The notes under the pieces: model-generated
Told to the model about the DNA's origin: nothing
Database searches by the model: none
What the model saw: only the letters and a program-made list of their open reading frames with translations
Shown here: positions 1-8,767 of the stretch, in pieces
Numbering within the stretch: the stretch's first letter is position 1
How the letters are laid out: every line of letters starts with the position of its first letter
Assembly (NCBI GenBank): GCA_963663225.1
Contig: OY760142.1
Coordinates: 864,001-928,000, forward strand
Direction of reading: 5' to 3'
Length of the DNA stretch: 64,000 nt
Source: Nitrospirota bacterium
Lineage (GTDB): Bacteria; Nitrospirota; UBA9217
Program-made: the position numbers and the translations under genes

Positions 1-212
1 CTTCTGGCCGAAATGGGGCGTTTATGGCATAAAACAGGCGGCCTCGTGAACCGGAGCCTGAGTTGCGGACGCCGCTTTTTCGGGTTCTGCACGGCGCATG
101 TCAATCTTGCTTTTACAGAATAAAGATGTTACATTTTGAAAGCCTGCGGCTCCTTCCGCAGAATACGCTGAACGCGACCAACCGGAATATTTGGCGCGAA
201 GCCCTTGAAGGC

Positions 213-1298
213 ATGAAGAATCCCGTGGCCGGCTCAAAAATCAATATTAAATCACTGACCTATGAGGATTTGCAGACGCGTCTGCTTGAGCTCGGTCTCA
301 AAAAATTCCGGGCAGACCAGATTCTTCGCTGGATATACCTCAACCACGTCAGCTCTTTCGAGGAGATGACGAATATCGCGAAACACGAACGGGATCTTCT
401 TGCGTCTACTTTTTGCATTTCAACCCCTGCGATTTGCAGAATGGAGGTCTCGCAAGACGGCACCAGAAAAGTCCTGTTCAACCTTGCGGATGAACACACG
501 ATCGAAAGCGTCCTGATCCCTGACGAAGACCGCATGACACTCTGCATATCGTCACAGGTGGGCTGCCGGCTCGGCTGCACTTTTTGCCTGACCGGGAAAC
601 AGGGTTTCCGCCGGAACCTTGCAGCCCATGAGATTGCCGATCAGGTGCTTGAGGTTTCACAGTTGCTGGATTCGGAGGGAACAGGAAAAATTACCAACAT
701 CGTGCTGATGGGCATGGGGGAACCGCTTGCAAATTTGGGGGAGGTTGTAAAAGCAATACGGATTATTACTTCGGATAAATACCTTGGTTTTTCTCCGCGC
801 CGCGTTACGCTTTCCACGGCCGGCCTCGTTCCGGAAATGGGCGCCCTGGCGAAAGCAAACACCAGGGTGAATCTCGCGGTCTCCCTGAACGCGACAACGA
901 ACGAAGTCAGAGACGATATCATGCCCGTGAACAAACGCTATCCGATCGAAGATGTCTTGGCCGCCTGCAGGCGTTACCCTCTTGAGCCGCGCCGGCGCAT
1001 TACGTTCGAATACGTGCTGTTAAAAAACAAAAACGATTCAGAAGCCGATGCCCTGCGTCTGGCGAAACTGCTCAAAGGCATCCGGTGCAAGATAAATCTC
1101 ATTCCGTTTAATCCTTTTCCCGGGAGTTCTCTAATGAGGCCCGGAGAAGCAACGGTTCGACGTTTTCAAAAAATACTGCTTGACCACCATTACACGGCGC
1201 CTGTCCGGGAATCGCGCGGCGGTGACATCTCCGCCGCATGCGGCCAGCTCAGAGAGCGGGACACCGCGGCGGCGCATGCCGGGAGGGAACGACAATGA
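213..1298 (+). CDS. rlmN: Dual-specificity 23S rRNA/tRNA m2A methyltransferase RlmN (radical SAM)
   Basis: CISSQVGCRLGCTFC radical-SAM motif, MGMGEPLAN, C-terminal DISAACGQL. Start moved to ATG 213 (MKNPVAG...). Confidence 0.95.
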   Translation: MKNPVAGSKINIKSLTYEDLQTRLLELGLKKFRADQILRWIYLNHVSSFEEMTNIAKHERDLLASTFCISTPAICRMEVSQDGTRKVLFNLADEHTIESVLIPDEDRMTLCISSQVGCRLGCTFCLTGKQGFRRNLAAHEIADQVLEVSQLLDSEGTGKITNIVLMGMGEPLANLGEVVKAIRIITSDKYLGFSPRRVTLSTAGLVPEMGALAKANTRVNLAVSLNATTNEVRDDIMPVNKRYPIEDVLAACRRYPLEPRRRITFEYVLLKNKNDSEADALRLAKLLKGIRCKINLIPFNPFPGSSLMRPGEATVRRFQKILLDHHYTAPVRESRGGDISAACGQLRERDTAAAHAGRERQ

Positions 1299-2458
1299 AT
1301 TTTTCAGGATACCGCCGTCCGGACGGCACTGCAGGCCTTCGCAATCATGTCCTTGTCATTCCCTCTGTTGTATGCGCAAACAGGGTCGCCCGGGGAATTT
1401 CGCAGCAGGTCGAAGGCACCATATGGGTTGAGCACCAGCATGGTTGCTGCCAATTGGGGGCCGACGCGGAGCTTACCACAAGGATTCTTGTCGCCCATGG
1501 TACGCACCCTAATGTCTACGGAGTGATTGTCGTCGGACTCGGCTGTGAAACGCTGCGGGCACAGGACATCGCCGCGCGGATTCAAGAGCAGTGTCCGTAC
1601 AAACCGGTCCACACCGTCATCATGCAGGACCTCGGAGGATCAATCAAGGCAACCGCCAACGGAGCAGCCGCGGCACGGGAAATAGCAAAGGCCGCGTCCA
1701 CGCTGACCAGGACGCCGATTCCCGTTTCGGAGCTCATCCTAGGAACGGAATGCGGCGGATCCGACGCCTGTTCAGGAATCTCCGCAAACCCCTCGCTCGG
1801 CGTCGCGAGCGATCTGCTGATCGACGCAGGAGGCACCGTGATTCTGGCGGAAACAACCGAGTTGATCGGTGCAGAACATCTGGTCGCCGCCCGGGCGGCG
1901 AACAAACAGCTTGCCAAGCAATGCTATGAGGTCATTCACCGGTGCGAACAGGCGGCAATGGCAATGGGCGTCGACATGCGGGGCGGACAGCCGACCCCGG
2001 GAAATATCGAAGGTGGATTGTCGTCCATCGAAGAAAAATCTCTCGGCTGCATACGCAAAGCCGGCAGCAGGCCCCTTCAGGACATCGTTGATTACGCGAT
2101 GCCGGTCACCAAAAAAGGCCTTGTTTGGATGGATACGCCGGGGCATGATATTGAACAAATCACCGGCATGGTAGCCGGAGGCTGCCATATCGTAGTCTTT
2201 ACCACGGGGCGCGGCACCTGCTGCGGCTCTCCCATAGCGCCAACGCTGAAAGTCGCGTCAAATACGCAGCTCTTCGAAAGAATGCTCGACAACATGGACA
2301 TCAATGCGGGCACCGTCGTCACCGGGGAAGAAACAATACAACAGGTGGGGCAAAAAATCTTTCACGAAATAATCCTTACCGCATCCGGCAAGCCCGCGAA
2401 GGCAGAGGTGCTGGGTTTCAATGATTTCGCGATCAGGCGCATCGGGCCGACCATGTAA
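1295..2458 (+). CDS. UxaA/GarD/SuyB-family dehydratase, large subunit
   Basis: GYRRPDG..GLRNHV, HQHGCCQLG, GTECGGSD, TPGNIEGGLSSIEEKSLG, FTTGRG. ATGA overlap with the rlmN stop, preceded by GGGAGG. Confidence 0.88.
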   Translation: MNFSGYRRPDGTAGLRNHVLVIPSVVCANRVARGISQQVEGTIWVEHQHGCCQLGADAELTTRILVAHGTHPNVYGVIVVGLGCETLRAQDIAARIQEQCPYKPVHTVIMQDLGGSIKATANGAAAAREIAKAASTLTRTPIPVSELILGTECGGSDACSGISANPSLGVASDLLIDAGGTVILAETTELIGAEHLVAARAANKQLAKQCYEVIHRCEQAAMAMGVDMRGGQPTPGNIEGGLSSIEEKSLGCIRKAGSRPLQDIVDYAMPVTKKGLVWMDTPGHDIEQITGMVAGGCHIVVFTTGRGTCCGSPIAPTLKVASNTQLFERMLDNMDINAGTVVTGEETIQQVGQKIFHEIILTASGKPAKAEVLGFNDFAIRRIGPTM

Positions 2459-2501
2459 CCGGTCCGCGGAAAAGAAAAGACGCTCTTTAAGGAGTTTGAC
2501 A

Positions 2502-2801
2502 ATGTCGAGGATTCGGGCTATTGTAATGAAGCTTTCAGACAACACGGCGACGGCGGTTGAAACCATCGAACCCGGCACCGGGATCACGCTGGATGTTGCC
2601 GGGCAGCAAATCCGCCTTCATGTCACGGAAACAATCCCGTTCGGGCATAAGCTTGCGGTGCGCGATATCGCCAAGGGGACCTCAATCATAAAATACGGGG
2701 AAACCATCGGCACTGCCACCCGTGATATCATAACCGGGCAGCATGTGCATGTTCACAATATGGAAAGCAACCGCGGGAGGGGAGACAAAACCCGGCTGTA
2801 G
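2502..2801 (+). CDS. UxaA-family small (SAF-domain) subunit
   Basis: DNTATAV, IPFGHKLA, IIKYGETIG, GQHVHVHN. AAGGAG SD upstream of ATG 2502. Confidence 0.88.
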   Translation: MSRIRAIVMKLSDNTATAVETIEPGTGITLDVAGQQIRLHVTETIPFGHKLAVRDIAKGTSIIKYGETIGTATRDIITGQHVHVHNMESNRGRGDKTRL

Positions 2802-2834
2802 ATGCCGGAATGCCCACGGCCCCTCGGTCTCTGC

Positions 2835-2863
2835 TTGACCCCGCGGTTCTATTCCTATATGAT
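2835..2863 (+). promoter_or_regulatory. Sigma70-like promoter of the 2894 gene
   Basis: TTGACC-17 nt-TATGAT, which supports a start at 2894 rather than 2810. Confidence 0.5.
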
Positions 2864-2893
2864 TCGAAAGACTATATAGAGATTATAACGACC

Positions 2894-4045
2894 ATGACGA
2901 ACGAAAAATCAATATTCGGCGTTCCTTTCGAGCCGGATGGAAGCCTCCGGCCCACCCGGGAGCAGCTGGACGCTTTTCTGCAGGCCCCCTGTTCGGAAGG
3001 TGAAAAAGACCTGAACGGCAGCGACCTTCAACTCTACCGCCGGCTGCTGCGTGAAGCTGACGACTCAGAACAAAAGCAAACGGCCGCGGCAACGGGCGAG
3101 GATGTCAAAAACCAAATCTTCTACGGTGTCCTGCGCAGCGCCCGGTTTGCGAATCCTGCGCTTCTTTCCGCGGTGGAACTGTATAAATATCAGCGGCACG
3201 CAATGACGCTGCTCGATTTTGAAACTCCGATGTCGTTTGTTCAGGCCGCTGAACAGACAATGGCAAAGCTCAATAAAAAGAACATCGACCACGTAGTGCG
3301 TATCCTGCGGCTTGAGGAAATGGTCCTCGAGCGCAAAAAAATCATCCAGAGGCTTGACCGGTCCTTTGCCGGTCTGTCGGACGAACTGGTCCGCATTGCG
3401 GTCTATATCAAGGAGAACCTTTTCAGAATTCAAAAGCGCTGCAAAGCGTCTATCGCCATGCTCGCGGACATCAGCATTACCGGAAAGAAAGAACGGCAGC
3501 TGATCGAGGACATTAAGGACCGTCCCAAGAAAGCCTTGCAATCAGGCAAAATTTCGATGCAGGACCTCGGAAAAGCCGTGAAAGAAGTGGGGCTCATCGC
3601 ATCAGAAACGTCTGCCGCAATCAAAAAAGACATTCTTGCGCTCACCAATCTTTATGCGTCGCTGCACGACCAGGTAAAAAATACGAAAAAAGCGATTGAA
3701 ATCCTGCAGCTGGCACTCAAAGAAAATAAGGACAAAAGCACCGAAGAAAAAAAACAGCTTCTGGCCGCCGCTGAGCATTCGCTCGTTTCGCTGCTGTCGT
3801 CACTGCGTCCTGATAATCAGTCAGCAGGCGTGCACATGGCAACAGCATACGAGAAATTTATTTCCCGGAAAAGAAGTGAAATGCTCGAATACCTGTTTGA
3901 TGTGGCGCAAAAGGACCGCAGAATTCTGCCGGACCGCAGAACATCAAAACCGCGCAGAAAATCCGGCACCCCTTCAAACTATAAAGGACAGAAGCGAAGA
4001 AGCGGCATAGACCGCAGAACCGGGAAAAACCGCAGAAGCCTGTGA
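2894..4045 (+). CDS. Uncharacterised helical protein with C-terminal xRR repeat tail (paralog of 50642..51796)
   Basis: Long ORF, coiled-coil-like composition, colinear similarity to 50642..51796 (IFG..PTR..LDAFL; IFYG; YKY; KDRR tail). Confidence 0.8.
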   Translation: MTNEKSIFGVPFEPDGSLRPTREQLDAFLQAPCSEGEKDLNGSDLQLYRRLLREADDSEQKQTAAATGEDVKNQIFYGVLRSARFANPALLSAVELYKYQRHAMTLLDFETPMSFVQAAEQTMAKLNKKNIDHVVRILRLEEMVLERKKIIQRLDRSFAGLSDELVRIAVYIKENLFRIQKRCKASIAMLADISITGKKERQLIEDIKDRPKKALQSGKISMQDLGKAVKEVGLIASETSAAIKKDILALTNLYASLHDQVKNTKKAIEILQLALKENKDKSTEEKKQLLAAAEHSLVSLLSSLRPDNQSAGVHMATAYEKFISRKRSEMLEYLFDVAQKDRRILPDRRTSKPRRKSGTPSNYKGQKRRSGIDRRTGKNRRSL

Positions 4046-4145
4046 GTGAGCGTTTCAGCGACCGTTGCGGCAGCAGGTTTTTTTGCTGCACGGCCATAGT
4101 ACGCCGCACAATACAAATAGCCCGGGTTGACGAAATGGAGCGGCC

Positions 4146-5030
4146 ATGTTTTATGATCTGACCAATCTGCGATTATTTATCCACGTGGTGGAAACCGGAA
4201 GCATTACGCGAGGCGCCGGGCGGGCGAACATGACGCTGGCATCCGCAAGCGAACGCATCCGCGGCATGGAAGACATTCTGGGGCTGCCTCTTTTCGTCCG
4301 GGGTCGGCACGGCGTGGAGCCCACTCCGGTGGGGTTGGCATTGACCCACCATGCCCGGACCGTCCTGCTGCAGCTGGAGCGGATGCAGGGAGATCTCAGT
4401 TCCTTTGCCAAGGGGCTCAAAGCACAGATCCGTCTGCTGTGCAACACGGCCGCACTGGATGAATTCCTTCCCAAAGCCCTTTGTACATTCCTGGTATCGC
4501 ATCCCAACGTCGATATTATCCTGGAAGAGAGGCTCAGTTTCGAAACCGTTCAGGCGATTGTTGAAGGAAAGGCCGATGTGGGCATTGTGGCGGACTCGGT
4601 CGACATCGCAGGTCTGGAGACGTTTCCCTTCCGCCTCGACCAGCTTGTTCTCGTCACTGCGCGCAAGCACCCGCTTGCCTCCAGCAAAGCCATCAGCTTC
4701 GCAGACGTGCTTGACCGGAATTTCATCGGTTTGATCAAAGGGAATCCGCTGCAGGACCATCTGGACGGACACGCGGTCCGCGCCGGAGCACACTTGAAAT
4801 ACCGAGTCCGCTTGGGCAGCTTTGAAGCAGTCTGTCTTATGGCAGGAAAAGGAGTAGGAATTGCGGTGGTCCCTGAAACCGCGGCCAGGCGGTGTCAGAA
4901 ATCGACGGGGATTCATCTCATTGCGCTGAAAGACACGTGGGCCTGCCGGAAATTGACCATCTGTGTCCGTTCTTTTGAAGAACTGCCTACGTATACTAAA
5001 AAGCTGATTGAAGAGATCAGAGCTAAATAA
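4146..5030 (+). CDS. LysR-family transcriptional regulator
   Basis: N-terminal HTH (LRLFIHVVETGSITRGA...ASERIRGMEDILGLPLFVR..GVEPT), 294 aa, GGAG SD. Confidence 0.95.
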   Translation: MFYDLTNLRLFIHVVETGSITRGAGRANMTLASASERIRGMEDILGLPLFVRGRHGVEPTPVGLALTHHARTVLLQLERMQGDLSSFAKGLKAQIRLLCNTAALDEFLPKALCTFLVSHPNVDIILEERLSFETVQAIVEGKADVGIVADSVDIAGLETFPFRLDQLVLVTARKHPLASSKAISFADVLDRNFIGLIKGNPLQDHLDGHAVRAGAHLKYRVRLGSFEAVCLMAGKGVGIAVVPETAARRCQKSTGIHLIALKDTWACRKLTICVRSFEELPTYTKKLIEEIRAK

Positions 5031-5111
5031 TCGTGCTCGCCGGACGTCCGCTTTCCCGCATCCTGCCTGACCGGACAACAAATAATTCAATAGGCGACAG
5101 AATTGAGCGGG

Positions 5112-5169
5112 AAAAATAAAACAGCCACAGCACGTCCCGAAAACTACCCGTAAAACGTTGCTGTGGCTG
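5112..5169 (-). terminator. Long hairpin with T-tract on the minus strand (terminator or sRNA 3' end)
   Basis: CAGCCACAGCA (5122-5132) pairs with TGCTGTGGCTG (5159-5169), followed by TTTTATTTTT on the minus strand. Confidence 0.55.
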
Positions 5170-5385
5170 GGAGATTGAAAGCAGCGTGAATTCTTACCGA
5201 ATCTCGACAGCTGCTATGCTCTTTGTTGATTGAACAATACCTCGTTCCCCTCCCTTTGTAAATGCGGAAGATACTGAGTTTCCCTCAGGAAGAAGCGAAG
5301 GCTGAACAATTTTTTTGCGCCAGGTCAGGCCGCTTCCAATCTGCTCCGGCCGGGTTGCCTACCGGATTTCTGCATGCTGCGGAAA

Positions 5386-5757
5386 TCATTCGACCGAAAT
5401 TTTTTTCTCAGCCTTGCCGGCGCTGCCATGAATATTGCAATCGCCCTCCGCCTCGATGACGAAAGGGCCGTCCACCGTGTAAACCACCTCCCGGGAAAAC
5501 ACCTCGTTTTCCGGAAGATTGTGGAAAGAAAATTCCCATCGGTTGATTTCCTTTCCGTTCACTTTCACATAAGCCCAATCGGTGTGGTGAATAAAATTAT
5601 TGCCGCTGTGCGTGAAAGTAACTTTTATTTTGATGATGTCGCCTTTTTTCGCTTTGTCCGGTGCATCAATCGCCGCGGATGTTTTGTTGGCGAACGCCGG
5701 TGTTGCCGCCAGACACAGCGTAAACAACACTATTGACAGAACCACATACTTTTTCAT
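5386..5757 (-). CDS. Exported desulfoferrodoxin/superoxide-reductase-like domain protein
   Basis: Signal peptide MKKYVVLSIVLFTLCLAATPAFA; H-x5-HHTDW and CNIHG motifs as in neelaredoxin-type SOR; AGGAGG SD. Confidence 0.7.
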   Translation of the reverse strand: MKKYVVLSIVLFTLCLAATPAFANKTSAAIDAPDKAKKGDIIKIKVTFTHSGNNFIHHTDWAYVKVNGKEINRWEFSFHNLPENEVFSREVVYTVDGPFVIEAEGDCNIHGSAGKAEKKISVE

Positions 5758-5816
5758 TGAGTTGTTCCTCCTTGGTTGATGAAGAGAATCTGCCGTTTTT
5801 CCAGCAGTGGCAATAG

Positions 5817-6326
5817 TTACCAACGGTTCGCGTGGACCCGGGAAGCGTCAAAACGTTCCAGAGCCTCTTTTGTCTCATTCGGAAAGCCGAGCGGCACGAG
5901 TGAAAAAGGCTCAACGCGTTCCGGAAGGTTCAGCAGCTTTCGGAAGTGAAGCATCCGGTCATCAACGGGGTATACTCCACACCATACGGCGCCGAGCCCT
6001 TTCGCATGGGCCGCAAGCAGAAGGTTTTGGGTTGCTGCCGCGCAGTCAAGCACCCAGGACCCCTTGTGCTTCTCGAGTGAAACATCGCCGCATACCAGAA
6101 CAGCGGTGTGCGCCTGCTTGAGCATTGCAGCATACGGATGAAAACTCGGTATCTCGTCGAGAATCGCGCGCTCGGTCAGAACAAGAAAATGCCACGGCCG
6201 TTCATTCCCGGCTGAAGGCGCGCACATGGCCGCCCGCAGAATGTCCTGCAGCAGGCTGTCGGGAACGTGTTTCGACGTGTACTGTCGTATGCTCCTGCGT
6301 GAATACAGCGCCGTCATTGCATCCAT
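5817..6326 (-). CDS. Nitroreductase family protein
   Basis: SRRSIRQY, APSAGNERPW, DCAAATQNLLLAAHAKGLGAVW; GGAGG SD before ATG 6326. Confidence 0.93.
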   Translation of the reverse strand: MDAMTALYSRRSIRQYTSKHVPDSLLQDILRAAMCAPSAGNERPWHFLVLTERAILDEIPSFHPYAAMLKQAHTAVLVCGDVSLEKHKGSWVLDCAAATQNLLLAAHAKGLGAVWCGVYPVDDRMLHFRKLLNLPERVEPFSLVPLGFPNETKEALERFDASRVHANRW

Positions 6327-6374
6327 GATCACTACCTCCCTTTCCGAGAATCCCAGGAACAATTTCCTGAACCA

Positions 6375-7124
6375 TCAGACATTTTCCTTTAGCAAACCGG
6401 CCGCCGCTCTGTCCAAAAACCAGAGAATGCTGCCTTCCGCCGGACGAAGCAGACCGGCGGGATAGTGCCGTGGATTTCCTTTTTCAATTATCTCGTGAAC
6501 CACCTGTGCCTTTGACTGCCCTGATGCAAGCAAAAGAATCTGCGCGGCATGATTTAATACAGGAAACGTGAGCGTCACCCTGCTCGGTTTCGGCGGTTCC
6601 AGATATACAGGCGCTGTCAGGCGCTCCTGATCAAACACGGCCTCTGTGTTCGGAAACAGCGACGCGGTATGTCCGTCTTCGCCCACGCCGAGAATGATGA
6701 GATCGAATGAAGGGGTTCCGACGGCACTGAAGAGAGTGCGAATTTCCTGCTCGTAGCGCCGCGCTGCCTGCTCCGCCTTGTCATCTTCCGCAATCCGGTG
6801 GATATTCGACTTAGGAATGTTTGTGGGAGCCAGGAGCAGGTTAAAAATCATCCCGTAATTACTGTCCGGATGATTCCGGGGAACGCATCGCTCATCGACC
6901 AGGAAGATGTGAACCCGCTTCCAGTCAATCGTCTTGCGATAGCGGGAAGAACCCAGCAGTTCGTACAGACGGCGGGGCGTGGACCCGCCTGAAAGCGCGG
7001 CAACAAACCGGTCCTGTTGCAGAACGGTTTTTTGGAAAAGAGAACAAAAAAAGTCCGCGGCATTCCTGCTCAAGTCTTCCAGATCGGCAAATATCTGCAC
7101 CTTCGGAGGAAGCATGCCGCTCAC
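6375..7124 (-). CDS. pgl: 6-phosphogluconolactonase
   Basis: ALSGGSTP, DERCVP..HPDSNY, LGVGEDGHTASLFP; overlaps the zwf stop. Confidence 0.95.
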   Translation of the reverse strand: MSGMLPPKVQIFADLEDLSRNAADFFCSLFQKTVLQQDRFVAALSGGSTPRRLYELLGSSRYRKTIDWKRVHIFLVDERCVPRNHPDSNYGMIFNLLLAPTNIPKSNIHRIAEDDKAEQAARRYEQEIRTLFSAVGTPSFDLIILGVGEDGHTASLFPNTEAVFDQERLTAPVYLEPPKPSRVTLTFPVLNHAAQILLLASGQSKAQVVHEIIEKGNPRHYPAGLLRPAEGSILWFLDRAAAGLLKENV

Positions 7125-8692
7125 AGCGGCCTCCAGGTGCGGTTGTCCTTGCTTATCAGCCGGTCGGCTTCATCAGGTCCGTCCGAACCAGCGGGATAAA
7201 ACGTCAGAGGCACACGGCTGTCCGATGCCGGCGCGTTCAGTACCGGCGTAAGCACGGACCACGAAAGCTCCACACTGTCCTCCCGCATGAACAGCATGTG
7301 ATCTCCCAGCATGCAGTCCATCAGCACCCACTCATAGGCGTCGAGCAAAACTCCCCGGGGATAGGAATACTGCATCTGCACAGGCCCCAGGCAAACTTTT
7401 GTTCCGGGCTGTTTCGTCTGAAACGCGAGGCTCATGCCTTCGTCAGGCTGGATCTTCAGAACGATGACATTCGGCTCAATCGGTCCCCCGACGGAATCAG
7501 GAAACATGGAATGCGGCACTTCCTTGAAGTGGATGGAAATCGTCGTTTCCCGCTTTGCAAGCCGCTTGCCCGATCGGAGATAAAAAGGCACGCCCTGCCA
7601 GCGCCAGTTATCGATAAATACCTTCAGCGCGGCATAGGTCGGCGCTGCCGACTGCCGTGCAACACCTTTTTCGTCCCGATATGCTGGCATCCGGCGGCCG
7701 TTGATCTCTCCTTCGGCGTATTGTCCGATCACCAGATGATCACCCAGCGTTTCCCGGGGAATTTGCCTCAGCGAGCGGAGAACTTTTGCTTTTTCGTCAT
7801 GCACCCGGTCGGCGACAAACGCTGCGGGCGGCTCCATGGCAGTAAGGCAGAGCAGCTGGAGCATATGATTTTGAAACATGTCGCGAAGCACGCCGGCTTC
7901 CTCGTAGTATCCGGTCCGGTGCTCCACGCCGAGAGTCTCCGCGGCGGTGATCTGGACGTGATCAATATAGCGCTCGTTCCAGAGCGGTTCAAAGATGGAA
8001 TTCGCGAACCGGAACATAAGGATGTTCTGCACGGTTTCTTTCGCCAGATAGTGATCAATCCGGAATATCTGGCTTTCCTTATAATAGGCATGGACAAGCC
8101 GGTTCAGCCTGCAAGCCGAGGCGAAGTCATGGCCAAAAGGTTTTTCGATCACCACATGGCTCCGTCCTCTGTCTTCGCGCGCCAGGCCTGCGGCGCCGAG
8201 ATTGTGGACTACGGGTTCGAAAACCACCGGTGGAATGGCAAGATAAAAATTTCGGTTTCCTCCGGTCTGATGTCTGCTTTCCAATTCAGGAAGGATGTCC
8301 CGGAGAGATCCGGCATACGATGCGGGGTCGGCATAGTCAAAGGGTGAATAGTAGAGATGCGGTATGAATGCGTTCCAGGTCTCCTGGTCAAAGTCTTTGG
8401 GAGCGGCCTCCTGTACCGCTTCAAACATGGCCCGGCGAAACTGGTCCGTGCTCATTCTGATGCGGCCTGTGCCAAGAATGAAAAAATGCTCCGACAGCAT
8501 TCCATTCTTAAAAAGCCGGTAGAGCGATGGAAACAGCTTCCGCTTCGCAAGGTCTCCTGAGGCCCCGAAAATGATCATCGCGGTCGGTTGCGGAACTTCG
8601 ATTTCGCAGGTATTCACGGTTCTGTACTCCGGTCCTGCGTCCCGATCATCAGGACAATCTTCGCCGGCTTTCTGAATTGCAGAATTGTTCAT
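7121..8692 (-). CDS. zwf: Glucose-6-phosphate 1-dehydrogenase
   Basis: IFGASGDLAKRKL, EKPFG, RIDHYLAKE, RWQGVPFYLRSGK. Confidence 0.97.
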   Translation of the reverse strand: MNNSAIQKAGEDCPDDRDAGPEYRTVNTCEIEVPQPTAMIIFGASGDLAKRKLFPSLYRLFKNGMLSEHFFILGTGRIRMSTDQFRRAMFEAVQEAAPKDFDQETWNAFIPHLYYSPFDYADPASYAGSLRDILPELESRHQTGGNRNFYLAIPPVVFEPVVHNLGAAGLAREDRGRSHVVIEKPFGHDFASACRLNRLVHAYYKESQIFRIDHYLAKETVQNILMFRFANSIFEPLWNERYIDHVQITAAETLGVEHRTGYYEEAGVLRDMFQNHMLQLLCLTAMEPPAAFVADRVHDEKAKVLRSLRQIPRETLGDHLVIGQYAEGEINGRRMPAYRDEKGVARQSAAPTYAALKVFIDNWRWQGVPFYLRSGKRLAKRETTISIHFKEVPHSMFPDSVGGPIEPNVIVLKIQPDEGMSLAFQTKQPGTKVCLGPVQMQYSYPRGVLLDAYEWVLMDCMLGDHMLFMREDSVELSWSVLTPVLNAPASDSRVPLTFYPAGSDGPDEADRLISKDNRTWRPL

Positions 8693-8767
8693 GCGCCCTC
8701 GTGCTGGTCAAAACGGCATTGGGGTGAAGGGAAGAGTTTCCTTTCTGACGATGTCGGCGTACGCGTT

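Noticed and set aside
4173-8347. 305-aa (4173..5090) and 349-aa (7298..8347) ORFs opposite lysR and zwf
   Set aside because: They overlap well-supported genes on the other strand and show no protein-like motifs.
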